From: Actinomycetota bacterium
GTDB taxonomy: Bacteria > Actinomycetota > UBA4738 > CALAEC01
Length of the DNA: 64,000 nucleotides
Reading direction: 5' to 3'
Assembly: GCA_050692985.1 (NCBI GenBank)
Contig: JBOGVZ010000049.1
Location: 80,410 to 144,409 of the forward strand
Below, piece after piece: positions 11,434 to 20,153 of this stretch. The position numbers and the translations under genes are program-made. How positions within the stretch are numbered: position 1 is the stretch's first letter; each line of letters begins with the position of its first letter. The notes under the pieces are model-generated. The model did not search any database, was not told the DNA's origin, and worked only from the letters and a program-made list of their open reading frames with translations.

Positions 11434-12747
11434 ATGAGCCGACCTGCCGTCCGGGCTCGAGCCGCCGCCGTGCTGGCCTCCACCGCCGTCCTCGCGGGCA
11501 TCCTGGTCAGCACCCCGGCCCGGGCCGAGGCCTGCGGCAACTTCTCCGTCCGCCTGGCCGAGCTGGCCTACGGCGAGCCCGTGGAGTCGGTGTTCAACCC
11601 GGTCCCGGGGGCCCACTTCTACTGGGCCGCCGAGGGATCCCCGAGCGTGGGGTTCACGATCGTGGCCTTCGGCCACGACTGCACCGGGCAGCAACACACC
11701 GCCAGCTTCGCCACGGGAACGGGGACGGCCACCTCGGGCCAGGACTACCAGGCCCGGACCGGGACCACCCCGCAGATGGAGGTTCAGGACATCGACCCGG
11801 AGTACTGGTCCAGCACCATCACCCTGCTGAACGACGCGGTCGCCGAGCCCGCCGTGGAGTACGTCCCGTTCTCGATCACGGCGTCCGGGGCCAACATCGT
11901 GTCCCCATGGTCGGTCCCGGTGTACCTGGTGGACGACGATGGGCTCAGCCGGGTGAGCCTGCCCCCCACCCCGACGAGCTACACCGTGGGTGAGAACGTG
12001 GGGACGTGGAGGATCCCGGTGTTCCGCGCCGGAGACGCCAGCGCGTCGAGCGGCACGATCACCGTCTCCGCCACGCACGGCACCACGGACGACGCCGACT
12101 TCAGCATCTCGCCGTCTTCGTTCTCCTTCGGCCCGGGGCAGCGGAAGCAAGACATCACGGTGACCATCGTTGACGACAAGGACGACGAAGCGGACTCGGA
12201 GTCCTTCACGGTGTCCATCTCCGGCACCCAGGTGGAGGCGCCCTCCAGCGTCACGATGAACATCCTCGACAACGATCTCCCCCCAGGGAGCGACACCGCA
12301 GCTCCCAAGACGTGGTTCCACCACCCAAAGCACAAGAAGGACTATGCGTTCGGCTCGCTCAAGGCCCGGACGATCCACGTGTTCGCCCCCACCGAGGACG
12401 TGGCCAACAAGTACGGCCCGGCCGAGCCCAGCGGGATCGACAAGGTCCAGGCGGCCCTGAAGAGGAAGAAGACCAGCGGCAAGTGCCAGTGGTGGACGGC
12501 CTCCCGCACGTGGAAGGGCGGGAAGTGCGGCTCGCCGAAGTGGTTCAAGCTGAAGTTCGACTTCAAGCTGGCCTCCGACCGCTACCTGTACGTGTACGAC
12601 CTGCTGACGGACCTCAAACCCAGCAAGGGGACCAAGGTCAAGTTCTACCAGGTGTGGTCCCGGGCCCAGGACGGAGCCGGCAACTGGGAGTCCACCTTCG
12701 AGGTCGGCCGGAACAAGAACAGGTTCGAGATCAACAAGAAGAAGTAG
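11434..12747 (+). CDS. Secreted protein with two Calx-beta-like domains and a Lys-rich C-terminal module
   Basis: Signal peptide MSRPAVRARAAAVLASTAVLAGILVSTPARA. Calx-beta signatures: ATGTGTATSGQDYQARTG and TITVSATHGTTDDADF...TIVDDKDDEADSESFTVSIS. From about nt 12300 the sequence drops in GC and becomes Lys-rich (KWFKLKFDFKL...KVKFYQVWSRAQDGAGNWESTFEV). Confidence 0.6.
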   Translation: MSRPAVRARAAAVLASTAVLAGILVSTPARAEACGNFSVRLAELAYGEPVESVFNPVPGAHFYWAAEGSPSVGFTIVAFGHDCTGQQHTASFATGTGTATSGQDYQARTGTTPQMEVQDIDPEYWSSTITLLNDAVAEPAVEYVPFSITASGANIVSPWSVPVYLVDDDGLSRVSLPPTPTSYTVGENVGTWRIPVFRAGDASASSGTITVSATHGTTDDADFSISPSSFSFGPGQRKQDITVTIVDDKDDEADSESFTVSISGTQVEAPSSVTMNILDNDLPPGSDTAAPKTWFHHPKHKKDYAFGSLKARTIHVFAPTEDVANKYGPAEPSGIDKVQAALKRKKTSGKCQWWTASRTWKGGKCGSPKWFKLKFDFKLASDRYLYVYDLLTDLKPSKGTKVKFYQVWSRAQDGAGNWESTFEVGRNKNRFEINKKK

Positions 12748-12777
12748 TCGGAGCCCGTCGGAAGGGAGGATCGGCCT

Positions 12778-13197
12778 ATGGAGAAGGAATCGCGAGACGC
12801 GCAGGTGGCTCCGGAAGGGACCCGGCGTGTGTGGCGGCGTGTCCTGGCGATCGGGATCGCCCTGGTCCTGGTGGTGGCGATGTCCGCGGTGGCGCTGGCT
12901 GCCGTCCAGAAGGTGAAGGCGGTGGACGGCAACAAGTTCAAGCCCAAGCATGCGTACATCGAGCGGCTCGACAAGATCAAGTGGGTGAACAAGGACAACA
13001 TCACGCACAACGTGAAGTCCACGAACCTGAAGAAGAACTGGAAGTACGGTCCGAAGACCATCAAGCCCGGAGAGAGCGTCAGCCGGAAGTTCAAGAAGCT
13101 GGGGACGTACATCTACCGGTGCACGCTGCATTCCGCGATCGTGAGCGGCGTGTGCGAGGGGATGTGCGGGTTCGTCCACGTGCAGAAGAAGACCTAG
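12778..13197 (+). CDS. Membrane-anchored cupredoxin (plastocyanin/amicyanin-like blue copper protein)
   Basis: RBS gggagga. N-terminal TM anchor. IKWVNKDNITHNV (His ligand region) and GTYIYRCTLHSAIVSGVCEGMCGFVHV (Cys-x2-His...Met type-1 Cu loop). Lys-rich, lower-GC codon usage. Confidence 0.6.
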   Translation: MEKESRDAQVAPEGTRRVWRRVLAIGIALVLVVAMSAVALAAVQKVKAVDGNKFKPKHAYIERLDKIKWVNKDNITHNVKSTNLKKNWKYGPKTIKPGESVSRKFKKLGTYIYRCTLHSAIVSGVCEGMCGFVHVQKKT

Positions 13198-13221
13198 CGC
13201 CGCGCGCGCCACGCACGAGAG

Positions 13222-13250
13222 AAGGGGGCCGGCTGGACGCCGGCCCCCTT
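13222..13250. terminator. Bidirectional hairpin between convergent cupredoxin and LVIVD-2 genes
   Basis: AAGGGGGCCGGC-tggac-GCCGGCCCCCTT. Perfect 12-bp stem with a 5-nt loop. Confidence 0.55.
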
Positions 13251-13270
13251 CCTCGTGAACCGCCCCGGCC

Positions 13271-15280
13271 CTACGGGCCGGTGTACCTGAAGATGTACAG
13301 GCCGAAGTCCCGGTCGCTGGCCACGATCAGGCGACGGCCCTTGTCATCCTTTCCGGCAAGCTGGACGCCCCAGAAATCGTTCCCACCGATGTCGGCGAAG
13401 TGGCCGACCTCGTTGATCCCGATGTTCTTGCCGTACTTGGCCACCCGGAAGCCACCGTCGTAGTAGGCGAAGTACGCCAGCTTCCGGTTCCCCTTCATCG
13501 AGTCGGTGGCCACCTCGTGGACGGAGTAGGTCCCGCCCTGGATGGCCAGGTCCTCGTCGAGGCCTTCGGGGATGACGTACTGATCGAGCTCGGTGGACGT
13601 CCCGTTGAGCGGGTCGCTCTGGAACAGGTGGCTGTAGCCCCACCCGTCGAAGTGCGCGGTGAAGGCCACGTCGTCACCGACGTCACCGACGTCCGGCTCG
13701 ACGTCGCCGGGGTCACCGACCGGATAGGGCACCGTGTAGTCCGGGGGGTACCCGAACAGCAGGTGCATCTCCCGGTGCCCGATGCAGGTGCCCGGGATCT
13801 GCGGGTCGAAGATGTGCCCCTGGCTCCCGCAGATGAAGGCATCCGGGCTGGCTCCCGCGCCCGACCCGGAGTGGTGGTTGGCGACGATGGCGCCGCCGTA
13901 GCCCAGGAGCTGGGCCGTCTCCACCTTCTCGGAGAAGAAGCAGGCGTCCCCCGGGTTGTTCGGGTCAGAGACCGGTCCCCGCTGGGTCACCAGGATGAGC
14001 TCCTCGTCGGGCCCGGTGGCGATCCCGGTCTCCGCGGCCGTGGGGATGTTGTCCCTGTCGTTCGGGCAGGCATAGCCGCCGAACACCGTCGGACCGTTCA
14101 TCGAGTTGTCCGGCAGCGTGGCGATCGGCACCGTCCACCCGAACTCCCCGGCCGGATACTCGCCGGCGTTGGGTCCGCTCGTGATGAAGTGGTCCTGCCG
14201 GAACGGCGAGAAGTCCTCATCGTTGCCGATGAAGAGCTTCTTGGACCGGTTCCACTCCCCGTAGTGTGCGTTGCCCTCCGGAGGGCAGAACGCGGGGAAG
14301 AACGGCTCGCAGGCGGCGTAGTCGCTGTCGCCCAGGAACACCGGGTTGGCCGGGTCGCTGAGGTCCAGGTTGACCCACCCGCCGTCCCAGTACGACAGCA
14401 GCCCGACTGGCGTGCCGTCGACCTTCTTCGTGGTCAGGTCGTGCAGGAAGGCGTTCGTCCCGAAGGCGTCCACGTTCAGGCTCGGCCAGTCCGGTCGCCC
14501 CGTCTCCTGGATCAACACGGGGTTCGTCGGGTCGCTGAGGTCGAAGATGTCGACGTCGTACTGGCCCGACTCGTTGTTGTCCACCGCGATCGCGTAGACG
14601 TTGCCCCCGCCCTTCCAGGCGAACGCGCTGTGGTACTGGTGAGGGGCGGTGATGATCGCGCCGGGGTCCTGGAAGTGGCCGATCGTGGTGTCGCCCACAC
14701 CCTCGGACAGCTTCACCGCGTCCCGGGGATCCGTGATGTCCCAGATCGTCAGGCCCCCGATGCCGCCCGGGCCGCAGATCTCGTTGGAGATCAGCAGGAT
14801 GTCCCCGGTGAATGCGGCGGTGTTCATGTGGAAGGCCTGCATCCCCTCGGTGGCATAGGTGTTCGTGTGGCTCTTGAGGAACCCGCCGACCTTCCCGGGC
14901 TTCTCTGGGTTGTTCATGTCCACGACCCAGGAGCCGCCCGTGCACAGCTCGAACGGAAGGCCCGCCTGCCACCTGGCCAGATAGGCGAAGCCCTTGTGAT
15001 AGGCCACGTCCGCCACGCGGCTCTCGACCTTCGTGACCTGGAGCTTGCCAACGAGCTTCACGTTGGACTTGGTCCCCTCAGGGCGATTGGTCGCCTTGCC
15101 CTTCGGGGCGGCATGGTCACCCCTCTGTTCCGCCACCTCCTGCATGGTGGTCTGCCCGTCCCGGGCATTCTTGCTGCCCCCACCGTCGCCATCGTCGTCG
15201 GCCGACACTGGGCCGGAGACGAATAATCCGGTGGCCAGCGCAAGGCCGAGGACGAGCGCGAGGCTCCTGCGTCGCTGCAT
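13271..15280 (-). CDS. Secreted LVIVD-repeat beta-propeller protein (paralog 2)
   Basis: Signal MQRRRSLALVLGLALATGLFVSGPVSA followed by a DDDGDGGG acidic linker. Repeats GLTIWDITDPRDAV and YDVDIFDLSDPTNPVL. It sits immediately downstream of copCD on the same strand. Confidence 0.65.
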   Translation of the reverse strand: MQRRRSLALVLGLALATGLFVSGPVSADDDGDGGGSKNARDGQTTMQEVAEQRGDHAAPKGKATNRPEGTKSNVKLVGKLQVTKVESRVADVAYHKGFAYLARWQAGLPFELCTGGSWVVDMNNPEKPGKVGGFLKSHTNTYATEGMQAFHMNTAAFTGDILLISNEICGPGGIGGLTIWDITDPRDAVKLSEGVGDTTIGHFQDPGAIITAPHQYHSAFAWKGGGNVYAIAVDNNESGQYDVDIFDLSDPTNPVLIQETGRPDWPSLNVDAFGTNAFLHDLTTKKVDGTPVGLLSYWDGGWVNLDLSDPANPVFLGDSDYAACEPFFPAFCPPEGNAHYGEWNRSKKLFIGNDEDFSPFRQDHFITSGPNAGEYPAGEFGWTVPIATLPDNSMNGPTVFGGYACPNDRDNIPTAAETGIATGPDEELILVTQRGPVSDPNNPGDACFFSEKVETAQLLGYGGAIVANHHSGSGAGASPDAFICGSQGHIFDPQIPGTCIGHREMHLLFGYPPDYTVPYPVGDPGDVEPDVGDVGDDVAFTAHFDGWGYSHLFQSDPLNGTSTELDQYVIPEGLDEDLAIQGGTYSVHEVATDSMKGNRKLAYFAYYDGGFRVAKYGKNIGINEVGHFADIGGNDFWGVQLAGKDDKGRRLIVASDRDFGLYIFRYTGP

Positions 15281-15402
15281 ACCTCTCCCCCCCTTTCAGG
15301 GTCCGTAGGCGGACGAACTCTAGGCTTTTCCCGACTTGCGGCGCAACCCTCGACCTGGGGGTATCGACCTCCTTGGCCGGCTCTTCTTGTGTGACATGCC
15401 GC

Positions 15403-17352
15403 TCAAGCACCCAACCCGGCCTCGAAGCACCCCGACAGGCCGGCCTCCGGGGCCACTCCGTCGAATCGCCAGCGGCCGGGTTCCAGCCTGGCGTTTGCGG
15501 AGAAGTGGCCTCGCGACAGGGGATCGGCCCGGAGCGTCATGGGATCGGTCCCCGGCTGCCACGCCGTGATCGTTGGGGTACCCGCCGCCACCTCCTCCCC
15601 CCCCTCGTCGAGGAACGTGAAGTGCACCTCGTAGCTGGGCCCCCCGAAATACAGGGTGTATCCCTCCACCGACCCTCCGGCCGGCGGCTCCGTCAGGTAG
15701 ATCGTCGGTTGGGCCGAATCCGGGGGCGGCTCGATCTCCTGGGCCCGGCACACCGTGGCCATCTGGAGGGGCACCTCCACGGCGGTGTCCCCCTCCTGGA
15801 CCAGGACCGCGACGTCCCACACCCCGCCCACGGCCAGGTTGCTGCCCACCCCCCGGTAGTCGCCCTCGTCCTCGGCCTGGAGGGCCAGCGTGGTGTCGCT
15901 CACTCCCCCGCCGGTGAACGAGAAGCGCACCTGCACGCGGTCGGCATCAACCGGCTCGCCGGAGTCGAAGTCGGTCACCTGGACCCGGAACCGGTTCGGG
16001 CCGGGGAGCGCGGGGTCGACCTCGAGCCGGGCACGCACCGAGGTGGCGAAGTCCGACCCTGCGACCGACACCGCGGCCGGCGGGACGGTCACCGGGGGGA
16101 CGGACTGCGGGGGAACCAGCGCGGCCAGGGTCCCCGCGGCGGCAAGCGTGACCGCGCCCAGGACGAGCTCCCCCCTGGAGACGCGGCGCAGCCCCCGCAG
16201 GGAGCGGCGGGCCGCCGGCACGTTCCGGTACCGATTGACGGCTCCCAGTCCGGCCAGCCCCAGCAGGAGCCCGGCCTTCACCAGGACGATCACCCCGTAC
16301 GAGGAGGAAACCAGCTCGCCCCAGGCACCGACCTCGTCCACGGCCCGGAGGACGCCGGTCGCGGCCACCGCGCCCAGGCCGAACGCCGCCACCGCCGAGA
16401 ACCGCCGGACGGCCCGGGCCTTGGCCTCGTCCGTGTCGCCCCGGACACCGACGAGCAGGGCGGCCAGGCCGCCGAGCCACACCCCGGCGGCGGTGAAGTG
16501 GGCCCACTGGAACCCGACGCTGGCCCACTCGAACCGCCCACCCGCGGCCGCATGGCCCGAGGCCACGTGGACCAGGATCCCGGCCGAGGCCACCACGCCG
16601 GCGGCCAACAGGGCGGGGCGCCGGGCCGCGGGGCGCCCCCACGTGGCCACGACCACCAGCACCCCGGCCACCCAGATGGCCGCCGCTCGCCACAGCAGGG
16701 CCCGGCCCACCGGGGTCCCAAGCAGGGCGCCCACCCCGGCGCCGGCCGCCCGCCCCTGGGCCACCGCCAGCCCCGCCAGCCCGAGCGCGGCCACCCCGGA
16801 GGCCCACAGGGCCACCCGCAGCGTCCGCCTGGGCGGCTCCCGGAACGCCAGGGCCCCGACCCACCCGGCTCCCACCACGAACCCCAGCCCGACGAACAGC
16901 GCCCACCGGCCGGCGATCTCCAGGAGGGATGGGGACTCCGAGGGCGGCTCGGGGGTCGGCGGGAGCGTCGCCTGGAGCGGCGACACGCCCACCCCAAAGG
17001 CGAACGCGCCCCCGGTGGGATGGCCGTCCACCCGGGACACCACCCGCCACGTCACGGTGTAGACCCCCTCCTCCAGCGGGCGGAGGCCCACCCGGAGCGC
17101 CAGCGGCTGGCCGGGCACGGGCTCCGCGGAGCCCTCCTGGACCTCGGCCCCTCCCTGGTCGAGCACCCGGACGTGTGACAGCGAGGGCTCCGGGGGCTCG
17201 GTCAGGGTGATCGTGACCTCCCGGGGACCCTCCTCGACCTGGGCGCCGTCGGCGGGATCGGACCCGCTCAGCAGGGCGTGGGCTCGGGCCGGGGTTGGGA
17301 GCGACAGCAGCGCCGCCGTGGCCACGGCGGCTGCCAGGAGGAGGCGTCGCAC
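15403..17352 (-). CDS. copCD: Fused CopC-CopD copper resistance/uptake protein (YcnJ-like)
   Basis: GTG start giving VRRLLLAAAVATAALLSLPTPARA-HALLSGSDPADGAQV. The CopC cupredoxin-like domain (TWRVVSRVDGHPTGGAFAFGV) is followed by a ~8-TM CopD domain and a C-terminal soluble domain. Confidence 0.8.
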   Translation of the reverse strand: MRRLLLAAAVATAALLSLPTPARAHALLSGSDPADGAQVEEGPREVTITLTEPPEPSLSHVRVLDQGGAEVQEGSAEPVPGQPLALRVGLRPLEEGVYTVTWRVVSRVDGHPTGGAFAFGVGVSPLQATLPPTPEPPSESPSLLEIAGRWALFVGLGFVVGAGWVGALAFREPPRRTLRVALWASGVAALGLAGLAVAQGRAAGAGVGALLGTPVGRALLWRAAAIWVAGVLVVVATWGRPAARRPALLAAGVVASAGILVHVASGHAAAGGRFEWASVGFQWAHFTAAGVWLGGLAALLVGVRGDTDEAKARAVRRFSAVAAFGLGAVAATGVLRAVDEVGAWGELVSSSYGVIVLVKAGLLLGLAGLGAVNRYRNVPAARRSLRGLRRVSRGELVLGAVTLAAAGTLAALVPPQSVPPVTVPPAAVSVAGSDFATSVRARLEVDPALPGPNRFRVQVTDFDSGEPVDADRVQVRFSFTGGGVSDTTLALQAEDEGDYRGVGSNLAVGGVWDVAVLVQEGDTAVEVPLQMATVCRAQEIEPPPDSAQPTIYLTEPPAGGSVEGYTLYFGGPSYEVHFTFLDEGGEEVAAGTPTITAWQPGTDPMTLRADPLSRGHFSANARLEPGRWRFDGVAPEAGLSGCFEAGLGA

Positions 17353-17368
17353 AGGGCCCTGCGGGTGG

Positions 17369-18001
17369 CTAGGAGGCACGGCGTCCGGCCAGGCCGGCCC
17401 CGGCCAGGACCACGGCCAGGGCGGCCAGGACGACGGCCACGATCGCCAGCACGGTAGAGGCGCCGGCACCGGATCCCAGGTCCTGCGCCTGGATGTCCTG
17501 CCGGAGCGCCTGGATGCGGGAGTCGATCCGATCCAGCCTGGTGGCCAGCTCCCCGGCGGTGGGGTCCCGGGCCGGGAACTGCGCGTCCGCGGGGTTCTGG
17601 ACGTCGTCGAACGTCTCGCCCGAGGTGAACTCCTCGTCGAAGTCCCGACCGGCCAGCGCGCCGGTGATGAGGAACGTGTAGGTCCCCGGGCGGGTCGGGA
17701 TCAGGAACGCGTGGTACTCGCCGGGGCTGCCGAACGCGGGAAGGAGGGGCAGCGGCTCGGTCGACTCCGTGCTGTCGGGGTCGCCGAACAGCACCTGGAC
17801 CTCCAGGTCGGCCCCCCGGACGGGCCGGTTGCCCCGGACCGCCGTGAGCTGGACCGCGTTGGCGAAGCCGGCGAAGGCGGGCTCTTCGAGCCAGCCGACC
17901 TCAACCTCCAACGGCCCGACCTGCCGTTCCTCGTGGGCCCGGGCCGGGGTGAGCGTCAGCAGCAGGACCCCGGACGCGGCAACGACGACACCCCTCCACA
18001 C
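17369..18001 (-). CDS. ycnI: YcnI-like (DUF1775) copper-binding protein with C-terminal TM anchor
   Basis: Signal MWRGVVVAASGVLLLTLTPARA, then the mature protein starts HEERQVG (N-terminal His). It ends in a C-terminal hydrophobic anchor. It lies directly upstream of copCD, matching the ycnI-ycnJ arrangement. Confidence 0.65.
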   Translation of the reverse strand: MWRGVVVAASGVLLLTLTPARAHEERQVGPLEVEVGWLEEPAFAGFANAVQLTAVRGNRPVRGADLEVQVLFGDPDSTESTEPLPLLPAFGSPGEYHAFLIPTRPGTYTFLITGALAGRDFDEEFTSGETFDDVQNPADAQFPARDPTAGELATRLDRIDSRIQALRQDIQAQDLGSGAGASTVLAIVAVVLAALAVVLAGAGLAGRRAS

Positions 18002-18045
18002 GGCCCGCCAAGTGTAGCGGGTGCCCGCGCGCAGGGGCGTCGGTG

Positions 18046-18792
18046 CTAGGGGGCCGGCGTGAGGCCCTCGGCCACCCGGGTGAGCTCGTCCAGGCCGAGC
18101 CCGTACTCGTTCACCGAGTGGAAGGTGCAGTCCTTCGTCGGGTCGCTCGTGGCGCCCCTATTCGGGTGCCGGAACTGGACCATGAAGTCCTCGCCCGCCG
18201 GGCCTTCCTCGTAGTTCGGGACCACCGGGCCGAAGTCGGCCGTCTCCCGGCCGAGCACGGTGATCGTGGGGCCGCCCTCCTCCTGGACGATCTCCACGAA
18301 CAGCATCCCCGGGCGGCGGATCTCGAACGACCGCTCGCCGTCGGTCCAGTGCACCACGCCCTGGCCGTCCTCCGCAGGGTAGATCGACTGGGGGGCGGGC
18401 CCCGGCACCGGGTCCTCGGAGAACCCCTCAGGCAGGTGCGACGGCTCGAAACCCAGCGGGCCGGGGCAGGCCCCGGTCAGGACCACTGAGGACCCCCCGA
18501 CGGGGCTGGGGGTCAGTTCCGCAGTGGCCGTCTCCTCCGGGGTCGGCGAGGGGGCGCTGGGAGAGCCGAAGCCCACCGGTGGCCGCTCCCCTCGGACCGC
18601 CTCCAGGGCCCGGGGGACGCCCACCGCGGCGGCGGCGATCACCGCGGCCGCGGCCATCCCCGCACCGACCCGGTAGAGGGTGCGGCGGCGCCGTCCCCCC
18701 GACACGACCCGGCGCAGCGACGGATCCACCTCGGGATCCGCGTCGGCCGCCAGCCGGGGCAGCCCGTCGCGCAGCCGGTCATCCAGCGACAT
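18046..18792 (-). CDS. Putative anti-sigma factor (single TM, proline-rich extracytoplasmic domain)
   Basis: Starts MSLDDRLRDGLPRLAAD and overlaps the sigma-factor stop by ~14 nt. There is a TM segment at MAAAAVIAAAAVGV. Assignment rests on position and topology only. Confidence 0.5.
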   Translation of the reverse strand: MSLDDRLRDGLPRLAADADPEVDPSLRRVVSGGRRRRTLYRVGAGMAAAAVIAAAAVGVPRALEAVRGERPPVGFGSPSAPSPTPEETATAELTPSPVGGSSVVLTGACPGPLGFEPSHLPEGFSEDPVPGPAPQSIYPAEDGQGVVHWTDGERSFEIRRPGMLFVEIVQEEGGPTITVLGRETADFGPVVPNYEEGPAGEDFMVQFRHPNRGATSDPTKDCTFHSVNEYGLGLDELTRVAEGLTPAP

Positions 18793-19303
18793 CAGAGACC
18801 TCCTCCTCTCCCAGCACCTCGGCCAGGCGCTTCCGCGCCCGGTGGAGGTGCACCTTGGCGGTCGAGGTGGCGCATCCCATGATCTCGGCCACCTCGGCCA
18901 CCGGTCGATCCTCGAAGTAGTGCAGGACCACCGCGGCCCGCTGCGAGGACGGCAGTCCCAGCAGCGCCCGGCGGAGGTCCGGGTCGGACACTGGCTCGGT
19001 CCGTCCCGGGTCCTCGACCTCCGCCTGGAGCACGGTCCGCCGGCCGGCCCGCAGCGACCGCGACGCCAGCCTGATGGCCACCCGGCGGACCCAGGCACCC
19101 GGACGTTCGTACCGGGAGATGCGCCGCCACCGCGCGTACAGTCGGATGAAGGCCTCCTGGGCGACGTCTTCCGCCGCCGCCCGGTCGCCCAGCATCAGGT
19201 ACGCCGTGCGCACGATCGCGGGGTACTCGTCACGGAACAGCCAACCGAACGCGGTGTCCGTGTCCGTCTCCCGTGCCACTCGCAGCTCCGTGGTCAGTGC
19301 CAT
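18779..19303 (-). CDS. ECF-type RNA polymerase sigma factor (sigma-70 family, group 4)
   Basis: MALTTELRVARETDTDTAFGWLFRDEYPAIVRTAYLMLGDRAAAEDVAQEAFIRLYARW (region 2) and LPSSQRAAVVLHYFEDRPVAEVAEIMGCATSTAKVHLHRARKRL (region 4 HTH). Confidence 0.85.
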   Translation of the reverse strand: MALTTELRVARETDTDTAFGWLFRDEYPAIVRTAYLMLGDRAAAEDVAQEAFIRLYARWRRISRYERPGAWVRRVAIRLASRSLRAGRRTVLQAEVEDPGRTEPVSDPDLRRALLGLPSSQRAAVVLHYFEDRPVAEVAEIMGCATSTAKVHLHRARKRLAEVLGEEEVSDVAG

Positions 19304-19364
19304 ACCCTCCCACAGCCCCGGGCGTCGGGGAAGGTTTACCGACGACGGGGCCCTTCCCGGAGGC

Positions 19365-20030
19365 CTACCGGCGGTCGAGCTCCTCTCGAAGGGCTCCCAG
19401 GGCATCGGCTTCCTCGGGGGTGCGGGCCAGCCGGATCAGGTCGTCGACCGAGGCCACGCGGACCGTGAAGTCGCCCATCGGGACAGCCTCCGCGGCGCGG
19501 TCGAGGAGCTCGTAGGAGCCCACGCGGCGGAGCGCCCACCGCGGCGTCACGGTCCCGTACCGGATCCGGCCCGCTCCCAGCCGCTGGACGGCCAGCCGCA
19601 GGCGGCGACGGTTCATGGCGTCCGGCCGGGGAGCAACCTCAACCGTGCTCGGCCAGGCGGGCGCCCCGCGCAGCAACGCGGCCACGCCCCCGATCGCCAC
19701 ACATCGGACGCGGCGGCCCCTGACGAGGATCCGGAGCACCTGGGCCGGCCGGAAGCCTGGGGCGCTCGCATGTGCCAGGCGCTCGGACGGGGTCAGCCGC
19801 AGGAGGTCCCGGATTTCCTTCCGGTCCACGTCCATCCCGAGTCGGGGCTCGACCGCCAGCGAGGCCCCGCACGCTCGCAGGAGCCGCTCGAGCGTGTCGA
19901 CCCGGGGGATGCCCCCGCCACGCTCGATGCGCGCCACGGCGGGCTGAGGCAGCCCGGCCCGCCGGGCCACCTCGGCCTGGGTCAGCCCCGCACGAGCCCG
20001 TGCCTCCCGGAGGACCCTCGCAGCGTTCAC
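19365..20030 (-). CDS. XRE-family HTH transcriptional regulator with C-terminal domain of unknown function
   Basis: N-terminal LTQAEVARRAGLPQPAVARIERG matches a Cro/C1-type HTH. It lies 61 nt upstream of the ECF sigma gene on the same strand. Confidence 0.6.
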   Translation of the reverse strand: MNAARVLREARARAGLTQAEVARRAGLPQPAVARIERGGGIPRVDTLERLLRACGASLAVEPRLGMDVDRKEIRDLLRLTPSERLAHASAPGFRPAQVLRILVRGRRVRCVAIGGVAALLRGAPAWPSTVEVAPRPDAMNRRRLRLAVQRLGAGRIRYGTVTPRWALRRVGSYELLDRAAEAVPMGDFTVRVASVDDLIRLARTPEEADALGALREELDRR

Positions 20031-20075
20031 CCCGAGCCCCGATCCCGGAAGGGGATCTGCACGGCTCGAGAATTT

Positions 20076-20091
20076 ATAACGTTTTCGTTAT
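20076..20091. promoter_or_regulatory. Operator-like inverted repeat ATAACG-tttt-CGTTAT
   Basis: Read directly in the AT-rich intergenic region upstream of the XRE gene. The minus-strand reading gives TATAAAT (-10-like) overlapping the site. Confidence 0.45.
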
Positions 20092-20135
20092 GGGCGTGGG
20101 GGCGCCCCAAGGAAGGAGGGCGGGACAAAAGGCCC

Positions 20136-20153
20136 TATAACACATTCGTTATA
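20136..20153. promoter_or_regulatory. Operator-like inverted repeat TATAAC-acattc-GTTATA
   Basis: Second site with the same ATAAC/GTTAT half-sites, about 60 bp from the first. Confidence 0.45.

Noticed and set aside
15281-15402. 122-bp gap between copCD and the downstream LVIVD-2 gene as a separate promoter
   Set aside because: No recognisable -35/-10 or ECF motif was found on the minus strand. The two genes may simply be co-transcribed.
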